A DNA stretch of 63,880 bases, counting the filler, from Octopus bimaculoides (lineage: Eukaryota): assembly GCF_001194135.2 (NCBI RefSeq). It is 7 parts of 7 records of this genome, joined end to end, with 100 filler letters (N's around TTAATTAATTAA, not from the genome) between each part and the next. Parts side by side here need not be neighbours in the genome. Positions count along the whole stretch, not along the records: positions 1 to 17,460 come from NC_068982.1; positions 17,561 to 25,580 come from NC_068989.1; 5 more parts are not named here. One strand, 5' to 3'. Below, piece by piece: positions 11,644 through 24,135 of the stretch. Position 1 is the first letter of the stretch. Every line of letters starts with the position of its first letter. The position numbers were made by a program, and so were the translations under genes. Under the pieces are notes generated by a model. It ran no database searches. It saw only the letters and a list, made by a program, of their open reading frames with translations, and was not told the DNA's origin.

Positions 11644-14600
11644 NNNNNNNNNNGTATGTATGTATAAACACAGAATATACATACTGTATGTATGTATAAA
11701 CGCAGATTATACATACCGACATAAATACATACCAACCTAAATACTCATACACAAACAAGAGCTCATTCACACTCACAAACACACGCACACATACATACAC
11801 AAATATATACATACACACATACATACATGCACGCATGCATGCATACATACATACGTGCATGCATCTCTCTCTCTCTCTGTATGTATGTATATATACATAT
11901 GCATACAACACATTTACACATACATACATATATGAATATGACTTTACACACACACACACACACATCTACACACGTATACACATTTAGTACATATAATACA
12001 TTATACTGTATATGTATATGTTATCTTTATAGGTCAGACATTAAGTAATTGCTATATACCAATGGGTGTTTATTCTTAATTGTAGTTTATTTATTCAGCA
12101 TATTAAGTTTCTAACCGTATGTTCTAACATTGTATATAATGAGGTGGACTGCAGAATCGGTAGAATAACATACTTTTACGTTCTGGTATCAAATCTCGCC
12201 AAAGTCGACTTTGTTTTTTATACTTCTGAGGGTCGATAAAATAAGTTCCAGTTTAGTATTGTAGTCGATCTGAACTACTGTAATCATATCCAAAATATGA
12301 GGCCTTATTAGAAATTAATATATTATATATTAGCTTAAGGCAGAATCGTTAGCATGCCGGGCAAAATGCTTAGCAGCATTTCGTCCGTCTTTACATTTTG
12401 AGTTCAAATTCTGCGGAGGTCGACTTTGTCTTTCATCCTATCAGGGTCGATAAAATAAGTACAAGCTGAGCATTGGGATCGATGTAATCGACTTAACCCC
12501 TCTCCCGCAATTGCTAACCTCGTGTCAAATTTGAAATTGATATTACATATTAGCTTCTACATGTGGCAGTAAAATAGCATGATCTAATGGTTAAGGTGTT
12601 GTACCCGCGATTACAAGGTCCAGAGTTCGATTCCTGAACCGGGTGACACGTATCTTTGAGCAATATACTTCATTTCATGTCTGGAAATGTCTACCAGCCA
12701 GCTGAGTGCAGGCGTATCCCGTTCTGCTCTCACCAACAGTTACATCATCGATGTTCTGCTGGACCAATTTGGTGTCTATGTCTGCTCGCGACTACACAGT
12801 CCTCTAAAACAATTCGCGAAAGCAGAGTACATGTGATCAAGTCATATTCCCATGCCAGCGACTACTACTGTTTTACCCCTGACATTGTATTTAAATAGTA
12901 ATTGTATATTCACAATAATTATTTTTGACAAAGAACAAGAAGTTTGGGTGGGGTGGAGTATAGTCGATTAAACAAACTTAAGTAATTAACTGGTAATCAT
13001 TTTATCTATCCTTGTGGGGGTGGATGAAAGACAAAATTGACATGTGTTGAATTTGAACGCAGAATGGAAAGGACCAGAACAAACAACATAAAACATTTTG
13101 TTCGACGCTCTATCTATTCACTGCTCTGTGTTCATCAACAATTAGTTTAAAACAGTTTGCGAGAAGGACTGGGTCTAATTGAATAAAAACAACTCCAGTA
13201 CTTGTCTGATTGGTTTGTCGACTCAAGAGAGATTAAATACTCAGACAACCAAGACGAGGTTTGAACTTGTAGCGTAATTCATTTTGCCGAGCGTTCTACT
13301 GATTGATTTTGTCGATCACTGCCATCAACACTTATCAATAAAGCTTCTATGAGATTGCTCGATTTAATAGAAATAGTAGCCAATTATCCTTCAAATCACT
13401 CCCTGTTGTCTGAAACAGAGAGAGACACAAGCAGTTTTAGTTATATAGTCTCTGGAAAAAAAAATAGACGAGATGGTCACGAGCGGAATACCTTTAATCA
13501 TAGATTTGCTCAATAAAGCTTTCAACTAATACTGTGAAGTGCAATTTCTAAGAGAAGCACAAGATCACATATTTTGAAGGTGGCTACAGTCAAATCGACT
13601 CGAGTACTTTATAGCTAAGTATTTTATCGATTAGAACTCAGAACATAAGTTACATAACTTAATATCCCAAGACACTTTCACGGCGGCTAGTATACTTGCA
13701 AGACCAGTATGTGGTTACCGAAATATTTATCAACGTGTACACATTATCACTCAATAACTGCATTTACATCTCATATAGGGTGCGGCTGAAACCTATTCGT
13801 GATAAATATTTCAACAGCAAACGCATAATGTGCACAGGTGTAAACCATGAAGGTAACCGAAAGAAATAAAATAAAATAAACATTAGCTACATAAAGATAC
13901 CATTACCACTTGTCTAGCTTTACTATTAGCACATCAACGACTGTATAAAATATGGAAGAAGATTTGTACTTCCTTTATTATTTATTTGTTATTCATTTTC
14001 CGTCACACATTTTACATAATTAGTTATTTAATCATCAACAAATATTTATTAATTATTCATACTTTACAGAAGTATGTATGTATGTATGTATGTATGTATG
14101 TATGTATGTATGTATGTATGCACGTGTGTATGTGTGTGTATACATACATACATACATATACAGTACATATTTGATGAGTGCTATTTAGAAATAAAATATT
14201 TATAATTTAATGCTGCATTTATATATCCTAAAGTACTTAAAATTCTTCTCTATCACCGCATCTGTGTTTAGGTGGCAGTCTTTAGGTGTGCGTATAGATG
14301 TATTGTGTATGTGTACGTGTGTGNNNNNNNNNNATATATATATATATATATATATACATATGTCCATGTATGTGGTAGCTGTATGTGCGTGCGTTCCTCT
14401 ATGAATATTTGCTGGTCAGTTTCACAATTGACAAAACAGCTATTTTTACCTGAAAGGGCCGTCAAGGTTATCCATCCTAGTGGATATGAAGTTTATTGGG
14501 CAAGTCAGGACATTCTTTACAGCATTACAAGCCTCTGAGTGAAGCAATGGGTTCCCTACACACAGCTGTAGGATACGTAATAGTGGATCCCTCAAGAACC

Positions 14601-14993
14601 GTAGTACATTCGAGTAACTGCCCAGTATACCCATGTCGTAAGACAGCACGGGTGCTGGTCAGTAGCAAATAAACACTTGAATATGATATTTCAGGATCTA
14701 TTGTAGGTAGTACTCTTTCTTACCAAGCAGGTAGTGGTAGCTGTAATTTGTGCCCGGTAGGAGCACTGAAAATTCTTAATTGTAGATCTAATTCAATTAG
14801 TCAGCATAATCAGTTATTAATCCGTCGTTTACGCTTATTTAATAAAACTTTCTTAAAGTTTCCACAGAAAAATCGTACATAAACAACTTATTTAGGTCCA
14901 GCTAAGATTAACCTTCTACATCTCAAATATGGAATGCAGGATAAGGTACTGTTTACACAAAATTGTCATGGATTACCAAGATGAATTTACCAA

Positions 14994-15026
<33 letters not shown>

Positions 15027-15246
15027 AACTTGAAATTTTCTTACCAAAGTCTACCTGCATAAATCAAAACCGGCCATGGATTACTGAGATAAACTAACCA
15101 AGAATATATATATTAACTTTTAATTTTCTTGCCAAAGTCTACCTGCATAAATCTTAACCAGTAAATTTTAATCTATTTTTCAAAAATACTTTCTCATATA
15201 TTTTTCTAATTTTAAAACAACATTCGATATATTATAAAATCTTCTC

Positions 15247-15334
15247 CATCTCTGACGAGCGGAAGTATTGTCTATCAATGTGTATCAACAATGGATTCCA
15301 TTATAATGACAATACTTTCGTCAAACGTAAGATG
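15247..15334 (+). ncRNA. Minimal hammerhead ribozyme fold with long stem II (core mutated at G12)
   Basis: CATCT-CTGACGA-G-CGGAAGTATTGTC...GACAATACTTTCG-T-CAAA-C-GTA-AGATG: 5-bp stem I (CATCT/AGATG), 13-bp stem II with one G-U, palindromic ACGT stem III. Confidence 0.6.
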
Positions 15335-15459
15335 CATTAATTAACACATTTTTAAACTGTCATGTTTCATATATTTACATATATGAGAGAGAGAGAGAGG
15401 GGGGAGAGAAAGAGAGAGAGAGAGAGAGAGAGGGAGGGAGGGAGAGTGAGAGAAAGAGA

Positions 15460-15501
<42 letters not shown>

Positions 15502-16893
15502 CAGGTAGATAGAGAGATAGAGGACAAAGAGGACAAAGACAGTGGGTAATGTTGCAGAGGTAATGGATCCTTCTTTGCCCAACTACAGAAACCTACCCAT
15601 CCGCTATCACGAGAAAAACACCGCACAAACCATAGAATGAACCACTATGTAGCCGCTCGTTTTGCTAGAAATAACAACCAAATTATCATCAACTCAAACA
15701 TTACTGTTTTAAAGAAGACATTGAATAATGTAGTCTTAGATACAGAGTTTACAAAAAATACGCGAAATGGTAACGGTTGGAACGTCTCTGATCAGTGGAC
15801 TCTTTGGCTAGTGTAGACCTAGTGTTAAACAACAATAACGACAACAAAACAACTCTCTTCCTTTCCTTTATCTCTCCCTTCTCCCATCTTATTTGTTATA
15901 GTGTTGGTGGTGGTGGAGATGGTAGTGGTGGTGTTATTGATTGTCGTAAGAGACGATGGTGAAAATCGGGGTGCGATGGGATGTTGATGGTGTTGGTGAT
16001 GGTGGTGGGGTAAAGGTGTGGTGGTTTTAGTGGTGGTATTTAAGGTGGTTATGGTGATGGTGGTGAGAGAAAAGTGATTGTGAAAGTAGTGATAGTGGTA
16101 ATGATGATGACGGTGGTGGTGGTGGTGGAGAGAGTGGTGTGATGGTATGTGATGATGTCGATGGTGGTAGTGATGATGGTGATGGTGATGATGGTATTGG
16201 TGGAGGTAGTGGTGGTGGTGTTGATATTGATGACGACTGGTGATGACGATGGAGATGGTAGTAGTGATTGTAATGGTAGTGGCGGTGGTATTGAATATCG
16301 TGGTGGTGTTACGCTTGTAGTAGCTCTCAGTAGAAAGGAAGACTTTTTTGAATGGACATGGGAAAAAATTCCCCAAACCAAGCACGCTCACCGACACGTG
16401 TTGTGTAATAATGTAAATAATCCAACGTTTACTCCCCACCCCAAACACCCCTATACACATGTACACAACCCTGTTTTCTCTTACTGCTACCAGCACCCTC
16501 TGTATCTATCACTTACCAACCCACCCATTTCTACTTACCTCCTCTTCCTCTACTTCGGCTCCGTTACCCACACTCATCCACTAAGCTTAGCAGCATCCCT
16601 CTCCTTGTTTACCCAGTTAAAATGCTACAACACGCTCGGAGTTTGGGGTAGGTGTGTGTTCGTCACGAATTAAATAGTCTCCACTACATTAGAGGATAGC
16701 GCTTAGCTAGAGTATTACATACAATATTTGTCTGCGCGCCCTCGCACGTGTGTGGATATGTGTGTGTGTGTATGTGTGTGAAAGTGCTAAATGTACCCGC
16801 ATATATGTGGACGTGTATAAATTATGCATATGTGGATAGGTAACATGTATGTATGCATGTTTTTAAGAAAGCCTGCATTTATGCATACAGACA

Positions 16894-16964
<71 letters not shown>

Positions 16965-17139
16965 GTTCGCTAGCTAGCTAGCTATCTACACATTTGTGTA
17001 TGTATATATATGTACGTGTATATAGATATATGTTTGTATATCTATATATGTGTGTGTGTACTTATATTTATAATGTCATTAGTGTGCGGTAGGCTTATAT
17101 GCATATGTATATTCGTGTATATATATATGTATATATATA

Positions 17140-17460
17140 TGGGAGAATATACAAATAATAACAACAGACGAGGACAGGTGGTGTAAATAACAAAAGTATA
17201 TATTAGTATGACGCTCGGGAATACGGAAAGTCTTTGACGTTTCGAGCTACGCTCTTCAACAGAAAGAATACGGAGACAAGGAGAAAAACACGGAGAAAAA
17301 TAAAATTGAATAGTGTTCAGTCAACGGTCAATCATAATAATGGCCGATCATAACAATGGCTGACCGGAAGTTAGAAATTCTTATTTCAGGAGAGCTAAGA
17401 AAGGGGGAGATAACAAACGGTGATCGGGAACGAGGGGCTGTGTGTGGGAGGTAGAATGCT
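17140..17460 (-). mobile_element. Short non-coding element in a (TA)n tract, carrying a hammerhead (PLE-derived family 1)
   Basis: Terminus GGGAGAATA abuts (AT)n. About 120 bp are nearly identical in reverse complement to 62232-62353. Truncated by the linker at 17461. Confidence 0.75.
17231..17267 (-). ncRNA. Variant minimal hammerhead ribozyme
   Basis: Minus strand: TCTTT-CTGTTGA-A-GAGC-GTA-GCTC-GAAA-C-GTC-AAAGA. Stem I TCTTT/AAAGA, stem II GAGC/GCTC, palindromic ACGT stem III, GUC triplet. Core has A6>U plus an extra A. Confidence 0.65.
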
Positions 17461-17560
17461 NNNNNNNNNNNNNNNNNNNNNNNNNNNNNNNNNNNNNNNN
17501 NNNNTTAATTAATTAANNNNNNNNNNNNNNNNNNNNNNNNNNNNNNNNNNNNNNNNNNNN
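17461..17560. other. Artificial assembly linker
   Basis: 44 N + TTAATTAATTAA (stops in all six frames) + 44 N. Confidence 0.95.
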
Positions 17561-17586
17561 AACAGCCAAATCTCACAAAACTAGTG

Positions 17587-17714
17587 TTAGGGTTAGGTTT
17601 AGGGTTAGGGTTAGGGTTAGGGATCAGGGTTAGGGTTAGGGTTAGGGTCAGGGTTACGGTCAGGGTTAAGGTTAGGGTTAGGGTTAGGGTTAGGGTTTGA
17701 GTTAGGGTTAGGTT
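17587..17714 (+). repeat. Interstitial telomere-type (TTAGGG)n array, about 21 partly degenerate units
   Basis: ttagggttaggtttagggttaggg... with variants TCAGGG, TTACGG and TTAAGG. Confidence 0.9.
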
Positions 17715-17870
17715 TACCCTGTGGATCTATATAAAAACTGGGTGGGGGGGAATCGAAATTTTGAAATTGAGATTTTTGAAAATTTTTTTCCAGAATCGGA
17801 TTCTCCATGGTCTGAAACATAGGATTCCGTAAAAAAAAACAAAATTAAAAAGGGGGGGGGGTATACCCAG
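17715..17870. repeat. Dispersed repeat adjoining the TTAGGG array, related to the 20.1/23.3 kb inverted arms
   Basis: gaatcggattctccatggtctgaaacataggattcc resembles gatattcagaatctccatcatcgaaaacataggaatcc at about 23270-23310. Confidence 0.5.
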
Positions 17871-18300
17871 ATTACATATACTCCATCTCCACCAAATTCA
17901 ATATTTACAACTACACTAATTGTTTTAAGTATATATGAAATAATGTTCACGTACGTATAAAAGTAGTGCAGTATAAACGTATGAAACAATTGATTTTGAA
18001 TATTTGTTGACGCCTACATTAAGAAGGACGAGTTAGTGCCCAACAATATCGCTATGTGCAAACAACAGAAGCCCCAGGTGATTCATTGTTATACAAATTA
18101 AAAGATGTAATATTCATGTCTCTCACAACTAAGTTACTGGTGTAAATAAATTTGGAGATGAAATACAACTCAAGATAAATCTCATTATTATAGTATTCCG
18201 TTTCGAATCTCTTGTATATAAGTGAGTTTCAACTAATATAGGGTATCGGGCCAGGATATCCAATATAACCTCAAACGTTTACTTGTTACTAATATATTAG

Positions 18301-18322
18301 ATTTCCGCCAATGTCCGGAAGA
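18301..18322 (+). promoter_or_regulatory. Candidate promoter motif cluster upstream of the GALNT exon
   Basis: TTTCCGCCAATGTCCGGAAG contains CCAAT and the ETS core CCGGAAG in a locally CpG-rich patch about 300 bp upstream of the ATG exon. Motif match only. Confidence 0.3.
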
Positions 18323-18624
18323 TTCGTCGTAAACCGAACAGTTGCGTTGTTTTCTGAATGCCAACGTGGGACAATGAGTTTTGATTGAGAAAAATCGATG
18401 TACGCTGTCATACCTACAGGCACACGCACACATATATATATTATATATATGTATTGTGAAAGAAATCGAAGCTAACTTACAATTGAAGAAAACATTAACG
18501 TCATTATGAAAATTATGCACGATTAACTTAAACTAAGTTATTTCTCTGTTAGTTATTATAAACATTTGTTAATTTAATTTCAAACTGTTATTTTCTGTTT
18601 TTTTTTTTCTTTTTTAAATTAGTG

Positions 18625-18941
18625 ATGCGTCGGATTTGGTTAAAAAGAAGAGTGAACGTTAGATTATTGTTAACTTTTATCTTTGTTGTACTTTTTGTTT
18701 ATGTATACTGGAACTTTTTCCAATTAGGCCATGATGAGATAATCATATACCGAAAAAAGCGTTACGAAACTTATCAGAAAAATGAACCTCATCGAAAAGG
18801 TCCTGGAGAACAAGGGAAACGTGTCGTATTGCAAGTAGATGAGGCTAAACAAAAAGAAGTTTTTACAAAAGAAGCTTTTAATCTAATTGCAAGTGATACG
18901 ATAGCTCTGGATCGAAGTCTGCGGGATGTACGTGATGAAAG
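18625..18941 (+). CDS. Polypeptide N-acetylgalactosaminyltransferase (GALNT/pgant family), first coding exon
   Basis: MRRIWLKRR + hydrophobic type II anchor ([16 protein letters not shown]) + stem with GPGEQGKRV and [23 protein letters not shown], typical of ppGalNAc-Ts. Polypyrimidine tract with ttag acceptor at 18621-22; AG|GTAAGT donor after 18941 (phase 2). The true ATG is 18625, not the GTG at 18622. Paralog not assignable. Confidence 0.9.
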
Positions 18942-19524
18942 GTAAGTTTTTGTTTTACATGTTGTTGTGACTATATAGTTATTTACCTTCTTTTACCATG
19001 ATGTATGTGACTTCGAAGGACAACTATTCCAAAATTTTGCCCTTATTTATTCGTCAAACACTTCATCCCAATGAAAGAAAATACGAGTCCTAAGGCTGTA
19101 GTGACGGTCAGTAAAAATCAGTTACATTCGTGGGGCGCAAAGAAAGAGAAAAAGGAATTTTAATGTTTTCGATGGGGTCCGTCTTCAGATAAGAGAGAAA
19201 GAACTATGCCCAGAACGTTGGTATTCACGTCACACTTTACCAGATTATATTCTGTTATTAAACTTGTTCAGAGAATGCTACTTTACTAGTTACAGGTGTC
19301 TTTACGTATAAGTTCAAATTTCACTGTTGTTGCTTTCATCCCTCTGTGGTTGTTAAAATGAAGTACCAGTCTACGTACTAGGGTCAAAACAACGAAGTGT
19401 TCCCTCGACTAAAGTTTTTACCTATGTATGATAAGTCATTGATAAGAGGCCGAGGTTCTGATCGAATCACACACACACACAAAATTTAATTTTTATTCAC
19501 TCCTCTGAAATTCTCAAATTTCGA

Positions 19525-19612
19525 AGGGTAATTTGGAACAAATTAGAGAACACATATTCGAGCTTACCCTTGTAACCTTTTAAACTTTTTATTCTTTGTT
19601 CCAAATTACCCT
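19525..19612. mobile_element. Tiny MITE-like inverted repeat
   Basis: Perfect 18-bp arms AGGGTAATTTGGAACAAA / TTTGTTCCAAATTACCCT with a 52-bp spacer. Confidence 0.5.
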
Positions 19613-20636
19613 GTTATCTTTTTTAAGTTTGTCCTAAATTACTCCATTTGGTTTATCCGAATGATGCTCTATATTTGTTTCTGAAAGTTCGAATAATACA
19701 CTATTTATATACGCGAGCTTCTACTGCTCTATCGAGTATACATCCACCTTCCTGTCTTTTGGGAGTGCAGAATTGTATTTGTGTGCTACATTTGTTCAGT
19801 GGTGCGGTTAGTTTTGTTTTCTGCATTGTTAATGTTTATTTAGTTGAGTAGAATACGTGTTACATGAGCTGTGTTACTTTGTTAGATAATGATCGTTTCG
19901 GACATGACTACTGAACTGGGCTCCTCAACTGACTTTGCTATCCCCAAAACTTTCCTAAAATGCTTATTTTTTTTCTTAAAATTTCCGTAGATAGATTTTA
20001 GATTGTGTAGATTACGATTACAAGCAGTGTTGGGAATAACTGAAAACAAAATTTCGATTAATGATTACAAGTATACCGGCACGAAATAATCGACCTTTAT
20101 TTTTTTTTTTTTTTGAAACCTTTTCAGTGGATTCCTATACTTTCGATGACGGAGATTCTGAATATGCCAAAACCATGTTTTCAAAATTTTCAGTTCCCCC
20201 TCCCCACCCCAAATTTTTTCGAATTCTTTTTTTCAATCCTTGTGGAAAAATATGGAGATTGAAGATATGGTAAAAAGAAAATAATTAATTTCAAATTTTC
20301 TATGAGGAAACTCCAAAATTGATTCATACACTCCTCGCCACCCCATCCCACTGTCTAAAAGTGAAAATGAACGGCTTGCAATTATGAAAGGCTACTAAAT
20401 GTGAACATAAGGGATCTATTCCATCGTAGAAGTTATTTCGTGTTAAAGTTGTATTTGAGTAATTTTAAACAGTCAATGACGTGTGTTCAGTTGAAGAAAA
20501 TTACTGCTGCTGTTTGCGAACAACAACTTCCGGGTCCATTGACAAAACGATGAATCTTCAACAACAGAAAAATTTAAACTGAAAATAATAACCAGAGATG
20601 TTTTTATAGTAACATATATGAGAATGTGTCCATCTG

Positions 20637-20730
<94 letters not shown>

Positions 20731-21829
20731 TTAATAATAGGCAGAAGTTACAGAATGACAATGGCCAAATTCGTGTTTGATAAGTGCCAATACACTTATC
20801 AATACTCTTAGCTTTTGATTTACTCTCTAACTTCTGCTGATGATATATATATATATAGATATATATATACTTATATGTGTAAAAAAAAATCTCATTACGC
20901 AATCAAACCAATGAAAGAACCTCTACCTGGACACTTGACACGCTAAAAATAGCAGCCAAAGTATCCCCCTACCTAAATCACATGCCTATTGTACACAATG
21001 TCCTAGATTATCCCTAAAAAGACGGTTTGCTGAAGGCTGGAATGTCTTTGATGATAGGTTTGCTGTATCAGGGTTGATCTGAGGCTAAATAATAACAAAA
21101 TTATTACTGAGACAGACCAACGACGAAGCCTATATGTGGTTGCATGACCTGCTAGATGGAATAAACCCCAGGAATTATTTCTAAAGTGCATAGAATATGT
21201 GGCATATTAGGACATAGCCTAATTTTGGGTGTGGGGTGTGGACTTGTTCAGAAACACCCGCGAGTGGGGAACAGTTCTCAAAAATAACCCCTAGTTGTTT
21301 TCCCCAAAAATTCCTATGTCCTCGGAATCTACATAGTCCGAGGTATATTTGTAGAGAATTTCATTAAAAAATATCCATTTTCTTGAAAGTTAAGATGAAT
21401 TGAAGTAGACTCCGGTGAATTTTCTGAAATTCATCACCTACTCCACTCCTAAAACACTTCCCCCCAAAAACTTTTGTAGATTCGGAATCTACATGATACA
21501 ACACATATTCATACAACATTTTATTAAAATATATCCATCTTTCTGACAATTATGATCATCCAAAGTCGCGGTGGGGGGCAGAAATCTGTAGTTATGCCTA
21601 GTAATATACCAAAATTTCACGAAACGTTTGATATTCAATGGGGGTCTTTTAATGTGGGTCAATGATTCACTAAAATTTTTTTTCTATCCAAATAACAACA
21701 TACATGCTCAAACTTTAGAAGGGCGATGGATGTTCATCAAGAAGAAGGAAGGTGACATTGTGGAGTTACTCTTTGTTTTAGTCACTTGACTGCAGCCATG
21801 CTGGAGCACCACCTTGAAGGGCTTTAGTT

Positions 21830-22260
21830 TGTAGCGGCATAAGCAGTCAGTGCCATATTGGAAGAGATCTCGCAGCAGCCATTGTCATCTCCAAGACTGG
21901 AGCAAGATCTCACCTGCATCCATTTGCTATGCACGCGATCACAACGAGATTTGGTCTCTCTTTTTCCCTGCGACCGCTTGCAGAGCACACTTCACTAGCT
22001 GGGCCTCTTGGATAATCTGCTTGTTATATCTCCTGAGGCAATGGGCCCGTGTAACGGAGAACGACGAATTCACACTGCTTGAGATGGCTGCAGAGAGAAA
22101 CGCACTACACCCTTGTGTATAGTGTAAATAAAACTGTTTGAGAACCTGCATTTTGCCTAATATTTCTTTACTCGACTGCTGGAGCCTTAACACGAAGAAC
22201 AAGAAATTAATGGGAGAAGGTGATATTCAACCGATATCAAGAACCTTGCCTCCCATTATA
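21830..22260 (+). mobile_element. Solo LTR (probably Gypsy-type) inserted into a family A SINE
   Basis: Starts TGTAGCGG and ends CCATTATA (decayed CCGCTACA). 4-bp TSD AGTT at 21826-29 and 22261-64. Internal AATAAA. The SINE resumes on both sides. Confidence 0.7.
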
Positions 22261-22397
22261 AGTTGAATGAAACGACCCTTTATTTTTGAAGCTTAGTACT
22301 TATTCTATTGTTTTTTTTTGCCGAACCGCTAAGTTATGGGGATGTAAACACTGCAATATTAGTTAAATAATGGGTTGGGTTCGAAATTCCACCAGAA

Positions 22398-22439
22398 TAC
22401 ATGATGAAGGCTGGGGAGTACATCAGCCAAAACGTTGTG
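22398..22439 (+). ncRNA. Degenerate hammerhead-like motif
   Basis: tac-ATGATGA-A-GGCTG-gggagtacat-CAGCC-AAAA-C-GTT-gtg: stem II intact, C3 and G12 mutated. Confidence 0.4.
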
Positions 22440-24135
22440 ATAACAACAAACACGATGAGGACACATATCTCTCTATTGTAAATAATGTACAGCAATAGCG
22501 GTTATAAGTGGTGACGGGGTGTCAAACACAAAGACACACACATAGATACATACATACATATATAGGCAGACTTCGGAGTTAGGAAGCAATGACAAGTTAG
22601 AATTTCTCCATTTTGATGGAGATTTTTCAGATTTCTTTTCATGGTGCCCTTCAAAATGATCTGGAGTGATTATGGTCAATTTTGGGGGCACCATGCACTT
22701 AAATCCAGGCATAGCTACAAATTTCTGCCTCACTGACTTTGGATGATCATAACTTTCAGAAAAATGGATATTTTTAAATGAAATTTTTTATGAATATGTT
22801 ATATCATGTAGATTCTGAATATACAAACTTTATTTAGGAGAGTGGGGATACACATGAATGAAATCCCATGAAGTTTTTATTCTTTCTGAATGAAGAACAC
22901 AAACATATTGTTGAATATCATGTTTGCTTCTATCAGGACCATTTACCTTGAAAGCGAAAAAGCAAAACCGACGTATACGACAGGTATGAAAAGCATATTT
23001 TAGTGTATTTTCTCTCTTCGTTTGCATGAGCACATACAAACATGCAAGCCGTTCATTTTCACTTTTAGACAGCGGATGGGGTGGCGAGGAGTGTATGAAT
23101 CAATTTTGGAGTTTTCTCATAGAAAATTTGAAATTCATTATTTTCTTTTTTCCATAGTCTTAATCTCCATATTTTTCCATGTAGATTGAAAAAAAAAAAT
23201 TCAGCAAAAGTTAAATTAAAAAAATTTGGTGTGGCGAGGGGGAAATTGAAAATTTTGAAAACATGGTTTTGGGATATTCAGAATCTCCATCATCGAAAAC
23301 ATAGGAATCCACTGAAAAGATTCCAAAAAAAAACAAAGGTTGATTTTTTTCGTGCCAGTGTTCTTGTAAATGATAGCCCAAAATTTCTTTTGAAGGACTT
23401 TGTTNNNNNNNNNNNNNNNNNNNNNNNNNNNNNNNNNNNNNNNNNNNNNNNNNNNNNNNNNNNNNNNNNNNNNNNNNNNNNNNNNNNNNNNNNNNNNNNN
23501 NNNNNNNNNNNNNNNNNNNNNNNNNNNNNNNNNNNNNNNNNNNNNNNNNNNNNNNNNNNNNNNNNNNNNNNNNNNNNNNNNNNNNNNNNNNNNNNNNNNN
23601 NNNNNNNNNNNNNNNNNNNNNNNNNNNNNNNNNNNNNNNNNNNNNNNNNNNNNNNNNNNNNNNNNNNNNNNNNNNNNNNNNNNNNNNNNNNNNNNNNNNN
23701 NNNNNNNNNNNNNNNNNNNNNNNNNNNNNNNNNNNNNNNNNNNNNNNNNNNNNNNNNNNNNNNNNNNNNNNNNNNNNNNNNNNNNNNNNNNNNNNNNNNN
23801 NNNNNNNNNNNNNNNNNNNNNNNNNNNNNNNNNNNNNNNNNNNNNNNNNNNNNNNNNNNNNNNNNNNNNNNNNNNNNNNNNNNNNNNNNNNNNNNNNNNN
23901 NNNNNNNNNNNNNNNNNNNNNNNNNNNNNNNNNNNNNNNNNNNNNNNNNNNNNNNNNNNNNNNNNNNNNNNNNNNNNNNNNNNNNNNNNNNNNNNNNNNN
24001 NNNNNNNNNNNNNNNNNNNNNNNNNNNNNNNNNNNNNNNNNNNNNNNNNNNNNNNNNNNNNNNNNNNNNNNNNNNNNNNNNNNNNNNNNNNNNNNNNNNN
24101 NNNNNNNNNNNNNNNNNNNNNNNNNNNNNNNNNNT

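Larger units (their letters stand above)
20066..23374. mobile_element. Foldback-like element with nested long inverted repeats
   Basis: Outer arms about 20066-20379 vs 23043-23374 (e.g. ctgtctaaaagtgaaaatgaacggcttgca / tgcaagccgttcattttcacttttagacag). Inner arms about 21478-21600 vs 22705-22826. Confidence 0.7.

Noticed and set aside
12656-12898. GC-richer 80-aa ORF (ECRRIPFCSH...)
   Set aside because: No recognisable domain in six frames, no convincing splice pair, and it follows a SINE head.
17587-17714. True chromosome end
   Set aside because: The G-rich strand points inward, the array is short and degenerate, and sequence precedes it.
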